Positions 9,541 to 20,271 of a DNA stretch of 64,000 nucleotides are shown in pieces. Location of the stretch: NCBI GenBank assembly GCA_963793425.1, contig CAWCAG010000005.1, positions 1,984,001 to 2,048,000 on the forward strand, written 5' to 3'. The DNA comes from an uncultured cyanobacterium (GTDB taxonomy: Bacteria > Cyanobacteriota > Cyanobacteriia > Cyanobacteriales > CAWCAG01). Position 1 is the stretch's first letter. The number at the start of each line of letters is the position of its first letter. The notes under the pieces were generated by a model. The model saw only the letters and a program-made list of their open reading frames with translations. It searched no databases and had not been told where the DNA came from. The position numbers were made by a program, and so were the translations under genes.

Positions 9541-9573
9541 ATTCAGCAACGTCAGGGAGAGAAGTTAAATAAC

Positions 9574-12177
9574 TTACTTCCCACTCCCCACCGGCATACC
9601 TAAAATATCTTCAATCTTAGGCATATCTTCTATAGGAATCACTCTACCTTCATCTTCAAAGTTAGCGATTTGGTTAAAGTTAAGATAACGATATAACTCT
9701 CCGGCAAAGGGGTCAATTTTCTCTTTGACAATCTCTAAATACTCCTCAACAGAAGGGATGCGCCCCAACAAAGCACAGACTGCTGCTAACTCTGCTGAAC
9801 CCAAGTATACCCTTGCACCTTTACCCATGCGGTTGTTGAAGTTGCGGGTGGAAGTAGAAAAGACTGTTGCCCCATCTTCAACCCTAGCTTGGTTGCCCAT
9901 ACATAAAGAACATCCCGGCATTTCAGTCCTGGCCCCAGCAGCAGCAAAGACACCGTAAACCCCTTCTTCTCGCAAATGCTTCTCATCCATACGGGTAGGA
10001 GGACAAACCCACAAACGCACTTTAACCTTACCTGCTTCTAATACCTTAGCAGCAGCGCGGTAATGACCAATGTTGGTCATACAAGAACCAATGAAAACCT
10101 CATCAATCTTGTCTCCGGTGCATTCCGACATCAATTTAACATTATCAGGATCATTGGGGGCTGCAACAATGGGTTCAGTGATTTCATTCAAGTTCACCTC
10201 AACCACATCAGCATACTCGGCATCAGCATCAGCAGACATTAATTCAGGATTAGCCAACCATGCTTCCATTTTGGCAACCCGACGCATTAAAGTACGGGCA
10301 TCAGAATAACCCCTTGCTGCCATGTTTTTCAACAGGGCAATGTTAGACTGCAAATACTCCTTAACTGTCTCTTCTCCCAATTTTATCGTAGAACCAGAAC
10401 AAGAACGTTCCGCCGTAGCATCCGTAAGTTCAAAGGCTTGTTCTACTTTAAGATCCGGCAAACCTTCCATTTCCATAACTCTGCCGGAGAAAACATTTTT
10501 CTTATTCTCCTTAGCAACGGTTAACTTACCTTCTTGCATGGCTACATAGGGAATAGCATTAACAACATCCCGCAAAGTCACTCCCGGTTGCAAATCACCC
10601 GTAAACCTTACCAAAACCGACTCTGGCATATCCAAAGGCATCGCCCCTAAAGCAGCAGCAAAAGCGACTAAACCAGACCCAGCCGGAAAGGAAATTCCCA
10701 AAGGAAAGCGGGTATGAGAATCGCCCCCAGTCCCCACAGTATCTGGTAAAAGCATCCGGTTTAACCAAGAGTGAATGATACCATCTCCCGGACGCAAAGC
10801 AACCCCACCCCGCACCGCAAAAAAGTCTGGTAAGTTTTTGTGGGTGGTGACATCAACGGGTTTAGGATAAGCAGCCGTGTGGCAAAAGGTTTGCAAGACT
10901 AAATCAGCACTAAAACCCAAACAAGCCAACTCTTTTAATTCATCGCGAGTCATCGGCCCTGTAGTATCCTGGGAACCAACGGTTGTCATCAAAGGTTCAC
11001 AACTTTGTCCTGGACGCACTCCGACAACACCACAAGCTTTGCCGACCATTTTTTGCGCTAAGGTAAAGCCCTTGCCTGTATCTTGAGGAGGAGTGGGGCG
11101 AATGAACAGGGGACTAGGTTCCAAACCTAATGCAGCGCGGGTTTTATCTGTCAAACTACGGCCAATTAACAGAGGAATACGCCCCCCAGCCCTAACTTCA
11201 TCGGTGATGGTTTCGGGTTTTAGTTTGAAAGTAGAAATTACTTCCCCGGCTGCGTTGGTGATTTCCCCTTTGTAAGGATGAATAGTAATTACATCCCCGG
11301 TATTCATTTTGGTAACATCACACTCAATAGGCAAAGCCCCAGAATCTTCTGCGGTGTTGAAAAAGATGGGTGCAATTCCACCACCTAAAATATAACCCCC
11401 AGCCCTTTTATTTGGAACAAAAGGAATATCTTCTCCCAAATGCCAAAGTACCGAGTTAATAGCAGATTTACGAGAAGAACCCGTACCCACTACATCCCCA
11501 ACATAAGCCACCGGATGTCCTTTTTCTTTCAACTTAGCAATAGTTGCCAGACCCTCTGGCATACTCGATTCCAGCATCACTAAAGCGTGGAGGGGAATAT
11601 CTGGGCGAGTAGTAGCATGGGGGGCAGGGGATAAATCATCGGTGTTGGTTTCCCCAGGTACTTTAAACACCGTCACCGTAATTGCTGCTGGTAATTCCGG
11701 GCGAGTCGTAAACCACTCAGCATCAGCCCAAGCATCCACTACTTGTTTAGCGTAAGAGTTAGTTTCTGCAAGTTCAAGAACGTCATGAAAAGAATCATAA
11801 ACTAAAAGGGTCTTACTCAAAGCTTTAACTCCAGCCGTAGCTAATTCAGCCTTAGCAGAAAGCAAATCTACCAAAGATTGTACGTTATAACCCCCCACCA
11901 TAGTTCCTAAAAGCTCCGCCGCTTCAAGAGGAGAAATAAGCGGACATTTCACCTCCCCTTTCGCCACAGAAGTTAAGAAACTAGCCTTAACATAAGCTGC
12001 CTGATCTACCCCAGGAGGAACACGATCCCGTAACATCCCTAAAAGTGCTTCTTCTTCTCCTGATGGAGGATCTTTAAGTAAATCGCATAACTGGGCAGTT
12101 TGTTCAGTATCCAAAGGGAGAGGGGGAATTCCTAATGCAGCCCTTTCTGCAACCTGTTGACGATATTCTTTGAGCAT
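9574..12177 (-). CDS. acnB: Aconitate hydratase B
   Basis: 867 aa; [26 protein letters not shown] and [10 protein letters not shown] motifs. Confidence 0.98.
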   Translation of the reverse strand: MLKEYRQQVAERAALGIPPLPLDTEQTAQLCDLLKDPPSGEEEALLGMLRDRVPPGVDQAAYVKASFLTSVAKGEVKCPLISPLEAAELLGTMVGGYNVQSLVDLLSAKAELATAGVKALSKTLLVYDSFHDVLELAETNSYAKQVVDAWADAEWFTTRPELPAAITVTVFKVPGETNTDDLSPAPHATTRPDIPLHALVMLESSMPEGLATIAKLKEKGHPVAYVGDVVGTGSSRKSAINSVLWHLGEDIPFVPNKRAGGYILGGGIAPIFFNTAEDSGALPIECDVTKMNTGDVITIHPYKGEITNAAGEVISTFKLKPETITDEVRAGGRIPLLIGRSLTDKTRAALGLEPSPLFIRPTPPQDTGKGFTLAQKMVGKACGVVGVRPGQSCEPLMTTVGSQDTTGPMTRDELKELACLGFSADLVLQTFCHTAAYPKPVDVTTHKNLPDFFAVRGGVALRPGDGIIHSWLNRMLLPDTVGTGGDSHTRFPLGISFPAGSGLVAFAAALGAMPLDMPESVLVRFTGDLQPGVTLRDVVNAIPYVAMQEGKLTVAKENKKNVFSGRVMEMEGLPDLKVEQAFELTDATAERSCSGSTIKLGEETVKEYLQSNIALLKNMAARGYSDARTLMRRVAKMEAWLANPELMSADADAEYADVVEVNLNEITEPIVAAPNDPDNVKLMSECTGDKIDEVFIGSCMTNIGHYRAAAKVLEAGKVKVRLWVCPPTRMDEKHLREEGVYGVFAAAGARTEMPGCSLCMGNQARVEDGATVFSTSTRNFNNRMGKGARVYLGSAELAAVCALLGRIPSVEEYLEIVKEKIDPFAGELYRYLNFNQIANFEDEGRVIPIEDMPKIEDILGMPVGSGK

Positions 12178-12285
12178 TAAATTCTATCTCCTCTAAAACC
12201 TGGTTAAGCTAACTTCAATTTATTATCGGTCTAAGTCTTTTAATTTACGGAATAAGAAACTATTTTGTTGTTCATTAGACACTAA

Positions 12286-12321
12286 AAAAGAGCGAAACTC
12301 AACTTAAGGAGTCGCTCTTTT
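12286..12321 (-). terminator. Intrinsic terminator of the DUF4278 genes
   Basis: AAAAGAGCGA...TCGCTCTTTT hairpin with a U-tract on the minus strand. Confidence 0.6.
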
Positions 12322-12349
12322 AGAGAAATTTTTTTCTTGACCTTAAATC

Positions 12350-12763
12350 TTACATTGATAAGGTTAACTCTTTTCCTTCTTCTTCTAATATACAAACCAA
12401 ATTTTTATCACCATTAGCTTTAGCAACTTCCATGCGGTGTTCTAAGTTATGGCGAATATTGTTTAAATGGGCTTTGGTTAATTCCTGGGCAGTTTTTTGA
12501 ACTGGCTTCTTTCTTCTTCTAATCTGTTGACGACTAAGTTTTACCAATTCAAAGGCTTTCCTGGCTTCTGTTTGGATTGCCGGATAACGATTGTAGCGAA
12601 CGCCACGATACTGCAAATTTAATTTGGGGGCGAGTTGAGGAACGTGTTTGGGATAGTGATGCTTCCATTCCTTGCCGCGATACTTGCCCGCAATTTCCCC
12701 TTCGCTCACTTCTAAAGATAAAGGTTCGCGTTCGTAACTAACACCGCGATAGCAATATTTCAT
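12350..12763 (-). CDS. DUF4278 domain fused to a PirA-like C-terminal domain
   Basis: Three YRG motifs; C-terminal H..NIRHNLEHRMEVAKANGD..LV..LE.E resembles the PII-interacting regulator PirA. Confidence 0.75.
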   Translation of the reverse strand: MKYCYRGVSYEREPLSLEVSEGEIAGKYRGKEWKHHYPKHVPQLAPKLNLQYRGVRYNRYPAIQTEARKAFELVKLSRQQIRRRKKPVQKTAQELTKAHLNNIRHNLEHRMEVAKANGDKNLVCILEEEGKELTLSM

Positions 12764-12799
12764 TTCTTCACCTCTAAGTGCTATAGATATTAAGCTTAT

Positions 12800-12979
12800 T
12801 TAATGAGTATAGGTAATGCCGCGATAAGTAAATTTACCTGATGGTTTGCTACGAGTAGCACCTTTAACACGATGTACTCTCCATTCATGTCCACGGTATT
12901 TCCCACCAACTTCCCCTTCTGCAACTTCTAAGTCATGGGGATGGGAATTATAATTAATGCCACGGTAAGTAAGTTTCAT
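12800..12979 (-). CDS. DUF4278 small protein, 59 aa (not in the ORF track)
   Basis: MKLTYRGINYNSHPHDLEVAEGEVGGKYRGHEWRVHRVKGATRSKPSGKFTYRGITYTH; GGAG upstream; paralogous to the next gene. Confidence 0.88.
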   Translation of the reverse strand: MKLTYRGINYNSHPHDLEVAEGEVGGKYRGHEWRVHRVKGATRSKPSGKFTYRGITYTH

Positions 12980-13035
12980 TGGTAATCTCCAAAAATATTG
13001 TTTTGATGGGCATACCGCCTATCTCAATTTATTTC

Positions 13036-13051
13036 TGTATCTATTGTGACA
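13036..13051. promoter_or_regulatory. Imperfect NtcA site
   Basis: TGTA-TCTATTGT-GACA, one mismatch to GTA-N8-TAC, about 57 bp upstream of the DUF4278 start. Confidence 0.5.
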
Positions 13052-13201
13052 TTTCTGCAAAAAAACTGCAACTAATCAGAAAAGCTGAATAAAAACAAGG
13101 ACACAAATGCTCAATCCACTTCCTAGCGAGGGATTAGAGTATCCTGCTTTTATTCCCTTGATACCAATTTATCAAGAAAGCTTAACTTAATCTAGTCAAA
13201 A

Positions 13202-13217
13202 TGTATTTTTAGATACA
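13202..13217. promoter_or_regulatory. NtcA consensus site
   Basis: TGTA-TTTTTAGA-TACA. Confidence 0.6.
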
Positions 13218-13297
13218 GAAAGTAATTATTTCTTTAAAAAGCTCGACTTCACATTCTGTAGATAAATGAACAGAGTCAAGCTAATAGCTAAAAAATA

Positions 13298-13558
13298 TTA
13301 ATGAATTTCTTGTAAAATCTGTAAAGCTAACTGAGCAAAAGGATCATCTCCCAACCTTCCTAAAGCTTCTTGCAATACTTCCCAATCAATCTCTGTCCCT
13401 GCTGTTGAAGGAACTAGTAAACCTATGTGTAAAAGCATTTGTCGTAAATCGTCTCGCATTCGCTGCCGTTTGGTTTCTAGAAGCGACATAGTACGGCGTA
13501 CGGAACGCTCTTGACGAAACGCTGTTGTTAAAGCGCCTGTTTCTGGGTCGTTATCCAT
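13298..13558 (-). CDS. Hypothetical protein
   Basis: 86-aa helical ORF with ATG start and a purine-rich upstream segment. Confidence 0.7.
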   Translation of the reverse strand: MDNDPETGALTTAFRQERSVRRTMSLLETKRQRMRDDLRQMLLHIGLLVPSTAGTEIDWEVLQEALGRLGDDPFAQLALQILQEIH

Positions 13559-13770
13559 CTAGATTATTCCCGTCTACCTTAAGGTATAAAAATACTGAAC
13601 GAGTAAATTAATATCTTTATAGGCATTAAAAACGATTTTCTAGGGACTATGACCTCGTGCTTAAAAGAAGTTTAGATATATAAAAATAGCAACAACTTAA
13701 TCTAGAGATAGTTACAAAACTTGGATCATCTCTAGATATAAGTTCACACATCGCAATATAAACTTTAAAT

Positions 13771-14583
13771 TCAAGCAAATACTCGATGATTTAAACAAGG
13801 CATTTGCCGCCTCACTTGTTGAAGTCGTTCAGGATTAATTTCTGCGATCGCCACTCCTGGCTCTTCCCCCGCATCGGCTAAAATAGTACCCCAAGGATCA
13901 ACAATCAAAGCATGACCGTGGCTTTGGCGCATTTTGTAGTGGATGCCAGTTTGGGCTGGGGCGATTATGTAACAGGTGTTTTCAATGGCTCTTGCTTGGA
14001 GAAGTACTTGCCAGTGATCCTTACCAGTGTAGGCAGTAAAGGCCGCAGGTACAAACATCAAATCCGCCCCCTTGCTAGCTAAATGGCTATATAACATCGG
14101 AAAGCGCACATCGTAGCAAACAGAAAGCCCGATGTTACCTAACTCTGGGGAAGGATATACCGGAGGCAACTTGCTACCCGCCATAACGGTACTAGATTCT
14201 TGATAAGTGTTACCGTCTGGTAAATCAACATCAAAGAGATGAACTTTTTCGTAACGGGCTAATTCTGTACCGCTAGAATCGATTAACAGAGCGGTATTGT
14301 ATACCTTGTTATCCTTGACTGGAACTGGGAAACCACCACCCAGAAGAGTAATTTGGAAACGCTGAGCCATGGTTTTGAGAAATTTCTCAGTTGCTTGGGC
14401 GATCGCCTCTCCTTGAGCAATTTTACTTGCTTCTGTACCGAGGAAAGAGAAGTTTTCTGGCAAACCCACCAACTCAGCCCCACGGCGTACAGCAAGTTCG
14501 ATCAATTCTTCTGCCTGAACCAGATTTTTTTCTAAATCTGGTTTACTTGTCATTTGAATGGCGGCGGCTAAATAAGATTTCAT
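13771..14583 (-). CDS. Carbon-nitrogen hydrolase (Nit1-like, deaminated glutathione amidase family)
   Basis: LPE, YEKVHLFD and VCYDVRFP (Glu-Lys-Cys triad). Confidence 0.93.
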   Translation of the reverse strand: MKSYLAAAIQMTSKPDLEKNLVQAEELIELAVRRGAELVGLPENFSFLGTEASKIAQGEAIAQATEKFLKTMAQRFQITLLGGGFPVPVKDNKVYNTALLIDSSGTELARYEKVHLFDVDLPDGNTYQESSTVMAGSKLPPVYPSPELGNIGLSVCYDVRFPMLYSHLASKGADLMFVPAAFTAYTGKDHWQVLLQARAIENTCYIIAPAQTGIHYKMRQSHGHALIVDPWGTILADAGEEPGVAIAEINPERLQQVRRQMPCLNHRVFA

Positions 14584-14926
14584 TTTTTTCTAGATGCCCA
14601 AGCGCTACAGACAGCTTACAAAGATTTTCAACAATGGAAATCAAGGTTAAATGCGACTTAGCAACAAATTTTCTGGAAAATCGCGATTCATCATTGTAGC
14701 AACAAATCTACCTTTAATCAGAAAAAACCCTCTTGGAACAAAGAAGGCTTTAAGCTAGTCTGTGAAAGCTGTCATCTTTAATAATTTATAATCCTACAGC
14801 ACTTATTTCCTTTGATAGAGGATAAAAATGCTTTAAATCTTTATAATTCTTAAAGACTGTTTTGTTTTTTCTTTCTTTGTGCTGTGGGAAAACTATTTAA
14901 CCTTAAATTGAGGAGAACTTATTGTA

Positions 14927-15169
14927 ATGGGTGTAATGAGAGAAATAATCCAACAAGCCCTGAATAGTGGCTATTTGACCATAGAAGACGAGAATAGACT
15001 GAGACAATTTTTAGCTCAAAAGTATGATTACCAAGATTTTCTGGCTTTTATGACTCTCCAGCAAGCAGCTATGGAAGGTAAAGTCAAGCAGGAATCTCGC
15101 GAGGTAGTCTATGGTAACCTCAACCCCATGGGACAGCTTCGTCGTCAGCCTATGCCAGTTGCTTCATAA
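14927..15169 (+). CDS. Small hypothetical protein, paralogous to the N-terminus of the next gene
   Basis: GAGGAG RBS; 36 of 56 aa identical (hand count) to the N-domain of 15211-15729. Confidence 0.85.
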   Translation: MGVMREIIQQALNSGYLTIEDENRLRQFLAQKYDYQDFLAFMTLQQAAMEGKVKQESREVVYGNLNPMGQLRRQPMPVAS

Positions 15170-15210
15170 AATCAATCAATAGTTATTAGGTAATTGTGGG
15201 AAATTTCTAA

Positions 15211-15729
15211 TTACGAAGAAACTTTTAGAGGTGTAAAGACTCTCAGGGGATCTTGAATCACAGCATTTATACCCCAGCGTACTGCTATAGAAATTTTGTC
15301 ACCAAGTTCTTCCTTGGCTTTCTGTTGTTGCCGCTGCCAACCCTCTTCACTGGTAGCATAAAGAGCAGGCAAGCGGTTGAGAGCATAAGCAATGGCTTGA
15401 TGAGGATTAATGTAGAAAGCTAGTTTAGCAGGTAGTTTCTGAATTTGCTCCTCTACTTCTTGCCGAACCAAGGGTTCTAAGGCATTACAATAAATGGAAG
15501 TAGGGGCCTTAACTAATTCACGAGATTCTTGTTTAACACCACCTTCCATAGCTGCTTGCTGCAATTTCAAGAAAGCATTGAAATCTCCTTGGTCATAACT
15601 TTGCTTCAAAAGCTCCCGTAAGCTATTTTCTGCTTCCACGCTTAGATACCCTGTGTCTAGTGCTTTTTGTACAATACCGCGAATAGTTGTCTGTTCCGGA
15701 AACACGGCATAACTTGTTTGAGTACTCAT
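15211..15729 (-). CDS. Unknown N-domain fused to a ComFB-family (c-di-NMP receptor) domain
   Basis: NALEPLV..EV...AYALNRLPALYATSEEG ComFB pattern. Confidence 0.82.
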   Translation of the reverse strand: MSTQTSYAVFPEQTTIRGIVQKALDTGYLSVEAENSLRELLKQSYDQGDFNAFLKLQQAAMEGGVKQESRELVKAPTSIYCNALEPLVRQEVEEQIQKLPAKLAFYINPHQAIAYALNRLPALYATSEEGWQRQQQKAKEELGDKISIAVRWGINAVIQDPLRVFTPLKVSS

Positions 15730-16056
15730 AGTTTTGCTACTAAAGAGTTAAGTTGGTTTAACACTGAATGCTCTGACTCAGTATAATCTCTACTTAGTAT
15801 AATTGTTTTTCTCAGAAAAACACTGTGTATTTGCTGAAAAAATGGGTTTTCTCAGCCAAATAACTTATGTTTAAGAAATATTTGCACCATTTGGCTGAAA
15901 TAGAAGCCAGTTTCAACTGCCTCGCAAGATAGATAAATTTTACTGAGGGATCTCACTCTCAAGACTGAAGAAATCATCGCTTGAGGGTAGAGGCAAAATT
16001 GAGTAATATTCTTCACAATTGAAATTAGAACCATTGCCATCAGACTTAACACAATC

Positions 16057-17133
16057 ATGTCGGAAGGATTTTTGCTCAGTCGTATTTTACTTCGTTTCAA
16101 CAAAGAAGACGAAGACTTAATCAATGAACTATCAGCAGCAGCTTTAACTCCTGACGGTAGTCTATGGGTGGGTTCAGATGAACTACTTGGAGTTGAACGC
16201 CTTTCCACCCTTGGTTCTCATATTTACGGTAACGGTCAACATTTTCATTTAGGAGATTTTATTAACCTTTTTAATACAGAAGATGAAATTGACATAGAAG
16301 GAATGGACTATGCCAATAACTATCTTTGGTTCACAGGTTCCCATAGTTATAAACGTAAAAAACCTAAAGATAAAAGTCCTGAGAAAGATATTCACAGGTT
16401 AAGCCAAGTTAAAACTGATATTAACCGCTTTTTATTAGGGCGTGTTCCTGTGATTGGAGGAGAATTAGTTAAGTCTTATTGCCCCTCAGATGACTCAGAA
16501 AATAAAGTTTCAGCAGCTTCTTTACAAAAGGTTGGTAATAGCAACTTACTCATAGAAGCCCTTAAAGAAGATATCCACCTTGCTCCTTTTCTTACTAACT
16601 CTATACCTTCTAAAGATAACGGTTTAGATATAGAAGGTTTGGCAGTGCAAGGAGATAAAATCTTTTTGGGTTTGCGGGGGCCAGTGTTACGAGGTTGGGC
16701 GATTATTCTAGAGATAGAAGTTGAAGAAACTCAAGCCGATACTTTAGTTCTCAAAGAGATTAGTAATGAGGGGAAGAAATATAAAAAACATTTTGTTTAT
16801 CTTAATAGTTTGGGGATTAGAGAATTATGTTTTAAAGATGAAGACTTAATTATTTTGGCGGGGCCGACAATGGACTTAGAAGGAGTCATGGAAGTCTTTC
16901 GTTTAAAAGAGGTTTTAAGTCTCACTGAAGATAGTATTCATCATCCAGAATCAGACCAATTGGAAATGTTATTTAATCTTCCTTTTACCATCGGTTCTGA
17001 CCATGCAGAAGGGTTAGCTCTTTATTCTTGTTTAGGGGAAAAAGATTCCCTTTTGGTAGTTTATGATTCGCCAGATAAGAGCCGAAAACCGAGCAAGAGA
17101 GAAATTTTTGCTGATGTTTTTCGTTTGCCATAG
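16057..17133 (+). CDS. DUF3616 family beta-propeller-like protein
   Basis: EIDIEG, GSHS.KR, NGLDIEGL, GLRGP and HAEG motifs. Confidence 0.8.
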   Translation: MSEGFLLSRILLRFNKEDEDLINELSAAALTPDGSLWVGSDELLGVERLSTLGSHIYGNGQHFHLGDFINLFNTEDEIDIEGMDYANNYLWFTGSHSYKRKKPKDKSPEKDIHRLSQVKTDINRFLLGRVPVIGGELVKSYCPSDDSENKVSAASLQKVGNSNLLIEALKEDIHLAPFLTNSIPSKDNGLDIEGLAVQGDKIFLGLRGPVLRGWAIILEIEVEETQADTLVLKEISNEGKKYKKHFVYLNSLGIRELCFKDEDLIILAGPTMDLEGVMEVFRLKEVLSLTEDSIHHPESDQLEMLFNLPFTIGSDHAEGLALYSCLGEKDSLLVVYDSPDKSRKPSKREIFADVFRLP

Positions 17134-17163
17134 AAATCTAAAATTAATATAGAGGAAATAGCC

Positions 17164-17937
17164 ATGTCAAATTCTGTTAAAGAGCAAATCACTAATGATC
17201 TTAAAAAAGCTAAAGAAGAAGGAAATGTAAGGACAGAACGTATTCGAGAAATTGTCAAAGCTGCTGTTTCTCAGGCCGCTTCTGAACTTAAAGAAGGCGC
17301 TAGCGAAATCCGAACTTTAGTTAAAGATGCCGTAGCTACAGTAATTGAAAATGTCCAGGATAAAGGAGAAAATCTTAAAGAAGATGTGACTGCTTCTTTA
17401 GAAGGTGCTATTGAAGGAGTTAGTAGTAAAAGAAGAGAAATTATTACTAAAACTCAAGCAGAAATCGAACAACTACAAGCGAAAGTTGATGCTGAGGAAG
17501 AAGAGTTACGCTCAGAAATTGATGGTGCTTTAGCGGAGGTAGAAGAAACCGGAAAAGATAACCTTTCTGGTGTTAAATCGGCTGTGGAGTCTGCGGTAGA
17601 TAGCGTTAAAGATACTGAAGAAGTAGCTTTAATGCAAAAGCGTTATGCTCAACTTAAAGCTCAGTTGGCTATTGTACAAGCTAACTTATCAGCGAGGTAT
17701 GGAGATCGTTATGAAGATGTAAAAAAATATTTGGATGAGGCTAAAAGTTGGTACGAGCAAGCTAAACCTAAAGCCGAAGAAGTTACTGGCAAAGTGAAGG
17801 ATAAAAGTACCGACTTTGAAAATAAATTAGCAGAAGCCGGTACAGCTTTAGCGCAGAAAGAGCAACGCCTTAAAATTATTTTAAAAGAACTCTGGCGCTC
17901 AATTACTGAAACAGAAACAGATTCCCTTAAAAAGTAG
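17164..17937 (+). CDS. Highly charged all-helical (apolipoprotein-like) protein
   Basis: E/K/A-rich amphipathic helices; GAGG RBS; 30 bp after DUF3616. Confidence 0.8.
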   Translation: MSNSVKEQITNDLKKAKEEGNVRTERIREIVKAAVSQAASELKEGASEIRTLVKDAVATVIENVQDKGENLKEDVTASLEGAIEGVSSKRREIITKTQAEIEQLQAKVDAEEEELRSEIDGALAEVEETGKDNLSGVKSAVESAVDSVKDTEEVALMQKRYAQLKAQLAIVQANLSARYGDRYEDVKKYLDEAKSWYEQAKPKAEEVTGKVKDKSTDFENKLAEAGTALAQKEQRLKIILKELWRSITETETDSLKK

Positions 17938-17956
17938 TTTTTAAAAAGCTAATCAC

Positions 17957-17993
17957 AAATAAAGGACAACCTACTGTAGGTTGTCCTTTATTT
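17957..17993. terminator. Bidirectional terminator hairpin
   Basis: AAATAAAGGACAACCTAC-t-GTAGGTTGTCCTTTATTT. Confidence 0.75.
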
Positions 17994-18013
17994 AATTTTA
18001 TTTATCTATTTAA

Positions 18014-18211
18014 TCAGCTATATGGCTTCGGATCTTGAGCCATTTTTTCTCCCTGCTTGACGATAACCCAAACAGCATGAATAGAACCAGGAAGCCAACC
18101 AAGTACAGTTAATAAGACATTAATTAATAAAGCTGTGCTAACTCCGCTGGTTAAGAAAACACCTAGAGGAGGTAAAAGAATACCTAAAACAATTCGTAGT
18201 ATTAGTGGCAT
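18014..18211 (-). CDS. YqaE/Pmp3 family membrane proteolipid
   Basis: LLPPLGVFL...LLTVLGWLPGSIHA. Confidence 0.92.
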   Translation of the reverse strand: MPLILRIVLGILLPPLGVFLTSGVSTALLINVLLTVLGWLPGSIHAVWVIVKQGEKMAQDPKPYS

Positions 18212-18513
18212 AAGATTATTTTTTTCATCCCTACTTTTATTTATCTCTAATTATCCTCTAAATTTCTCTATATTGACTTCTTTCTAGAGAAACATTTTAT
18301 GAGGTTAAGACTTAAAGATATATTTTACAAAAGAAGTAGATTAAGGATTGAGAAAATCTTTCTTCCTGGAGAGGTAGGTTGTTTTTCCGCCTATTACAAT
18401 TGAAGATAAATAGAAAAAAGAACGAAACATGATAGCCAAGCTCAGTTTGATTTAAGCTTAAATCTATCTACTTACGTTTGTCACCTATAAAAATCTTCAT
18501 CGAGGAAAAATTT

Positions 18514-18921
18514 ATGTTAGCAGCTTTTCTAACTTTATTAGCTACAGCCTTAAGTTTACTAGTAGTTGACTTAGCAGTCCCAGGGGTTAATATAGCTACC
18601 TTTGCAGCAGCCTTAATCGCTGGTGCTTCTTTAGGGGCCGTTAATAGCGTTATTAAACCAGTATTGTCAACTCTATCCCTGCCTCTTAATTTCGTTAGTT
18701 TTGGGGCGTTTACATTAATAGTTAATGGTATTTGTTTTTGGCTAGCTTCCTTATTTGTACCAGGATTTAGTGTTACTGGTATCTTAGGAATTATTATTGG
18801 ACCAGTTGTTCTTTCTTTTGTTAATACTTTCATTCTTACCTATTTTGCTGAGAAAAATCCTCAGTTAAATCTTGGTGGTACAAGTCAAACTACTACAGAT
18901 TCTTTACCTCCTCAATCTTAA
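18514..18921 (+). CDS. 4-TM phage-holin-like (YvlD/DUF360) membrane protein
   Basis: VNSVIKPVL..LSLPL....FG.F.LIVN; start placed at ATG 18514. Confidence 0.85.
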   Translation: MLAAFLTLLATALSLLVVDLAVPGVNIATFAAALIAGASLGAVNSVIKPVLSTLSLPLNFVSFGAFTLIVNGICFWLASLFVPGFSVTGILGIIIGPVVLSFVNTFILTYFAEKNPQLNLGGTSQTTTDSLPPQS

Positions 18922-18999
18922 GCATAAGGAATTACAAAAACCAAATATTTTGTAAGGTGGGCATTGCTCACTTAACTTAAGAAACTAAATTAGAGAATG

Positions 19000-19827
19000 C
19001 TATTCTCTAATTTTTTTGTTCCTAATATACCAAGCCAGAATACTTAAAAACAGTAATCCCATTGCCCCCGCAAGGGGATTTTTATCAACTCCTGTAACCC
19101 AAGGAGAAACTTGATTAGTGTAGGTAATTAAGCCACCAACATTAATGATGTAGTAACCCCAAATCAAACCGCCATGTATGCCTATAGATAGACCTAATTT
19201 CCCTTGTTGTGATCTCTTTGCCCAAACTAAGGTTAAACCAAGCAAAACTAAGGCAGGAAATTGGGGAAAAGTGCGAATAATTTCTGGAATTGGTTTAATA
19301 AAATGCAAAACTGCGAAGCTGAAACTATTAAGCCAAAGAGAGATTTTCAGATTATAATCTCGCTGCAATTCTGCTAACAGCCAACCTCGGAAAACTAATT
19401 CTTCTGCCGTCGCTACCAAAACAGCACTTAAAAATCCTTCAGCAATTATCCGCAATAAAAATACAGGAGGATTGGTGAAGGTAAGCCAGCCCAATATTCC
19501 TTCTAATATAAATAAACTGAGGGTTAAAAGTAGCCCCAGGCTTAAGCCATTCAAGAAACGAATACCGTTGCTTCGAGTGAATTCTAAGCCATAGCTTTTA
19601 ATTATTTGTGGTTGCTGATAAACTTTTTTTCCCCACCAAGGCAGCAAAAAGAGAAACTCTATAAATAAGATTCCCATTGCTACTATGGTGAGTAAATTGG
19701 AGTCACTTTTTAAAGTAAAATAGATAGGTATAGCGAAAGGAAGCCAAATCAGCACCAAAGTTGAGAGGAAAACAACTAACCTAACTAATACTGGATAAGT
19801 GGCAATAGTATTTATTTTAAAAGGCAA
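19000..19827 (-). CDS. CPBP (Abi/CAAX) intramembrane metalloprotease
   Basis: EELVFRG, FAVLH and H.G motifs. Confidence 0.9.
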   Translation of the reverse strand: MPFKINTIATYPVLVRLVVFLSTLVLIWLPFAIPIYFTLKSDSNLLTIVAMGILFIEFLFLLPWWGKKVYQQPQIIKSYGLEFTRSNGIRFLNGLSLGLLLTLSLFILEGILGWLTFTNPPVFLLRIIAEGFLSAVLVATAEELVFRGWLLAELQRDYNLKISLWLNSFSFAVLHFIKPIPEIIRTFPQFPALVLLGLTLVWAKRSQQGKLGLSIGIHGGLIWGYYIINVGGLITYTNQVSPWVTGVDKNPLAGAMGLLFLSILAWYIRNKKIRE

Positions 19828-19965
19828 TTTGCTTGTACTTATAGATGATATTCCTTGCTCATTACTGTTGAGGCTTACCTAAGTTCCTGATTTAATTTAA
19901 GGTTGAAAGTTGCTCTCTTTAAAGAAGTAAAAAAAATCAGCCTTTCAACCTTTCAAACCAAGTGC

Positions 19966-20271
19966 TTATTCATCAGGTTCAATAGTACTCGTTAAGCCAT
20001 TATTTTTTAGGGTTTCACAATAAAACTCAGCAGGCTCTAAAGCACAAGTAATAACTAAAGCTAAACCATTAGTATGAGCCTCCATCATAATATCTACTGC
20101 TTGGGGTTGAGTCATCCCACCTATGGTTGTCATGAGAGTTTGCACCACATGCTCCATACTATTAAAATCGTCATTATGAAGTAATACTTTATAGCGTGGT
20201 GCTGGCTTACGGACTGTGGAAGTTTTTTCTACTGTCGTTGTAGAAGGCTTTTCAATAGTTTCTGTGGACAC
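19966..20271 (-). CDS. clpS: Clp protease adaptor ClpS
   Basis: YKVLLHNDDFNSMEHVV, MMEAHTNG. Confidence 0.95.
   Translation of the reverse strand: MSTETIEKPSTTTVEKTSTVRKPAPRYKVLLHNDDFNSMEHVVQTLMTTIGGMTQPQAVDIMMEAHTNGLALVITCALEPAEFYCETLKNNGLTSTIEPDE

Noticed and set aside
9725..11275. Short antisense and overlapping ORFs inside acnB (and similar ones in gap1, argJ, dnaA and others)
   Set aside because: Shadow frames of well-supported genes with no independent coding signal.
12980..13100. Glutamine riboswitch upstream of DUF4278
   Set aside because: I could not find the conserved CGTTCA/GGAAGT-type elements; only NtcA-like sites are visible.
18514..18921. Holin-family gene as a sign of prophage
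   Set aside because: This family is common on chromosomes and there are no phage genes nearby.
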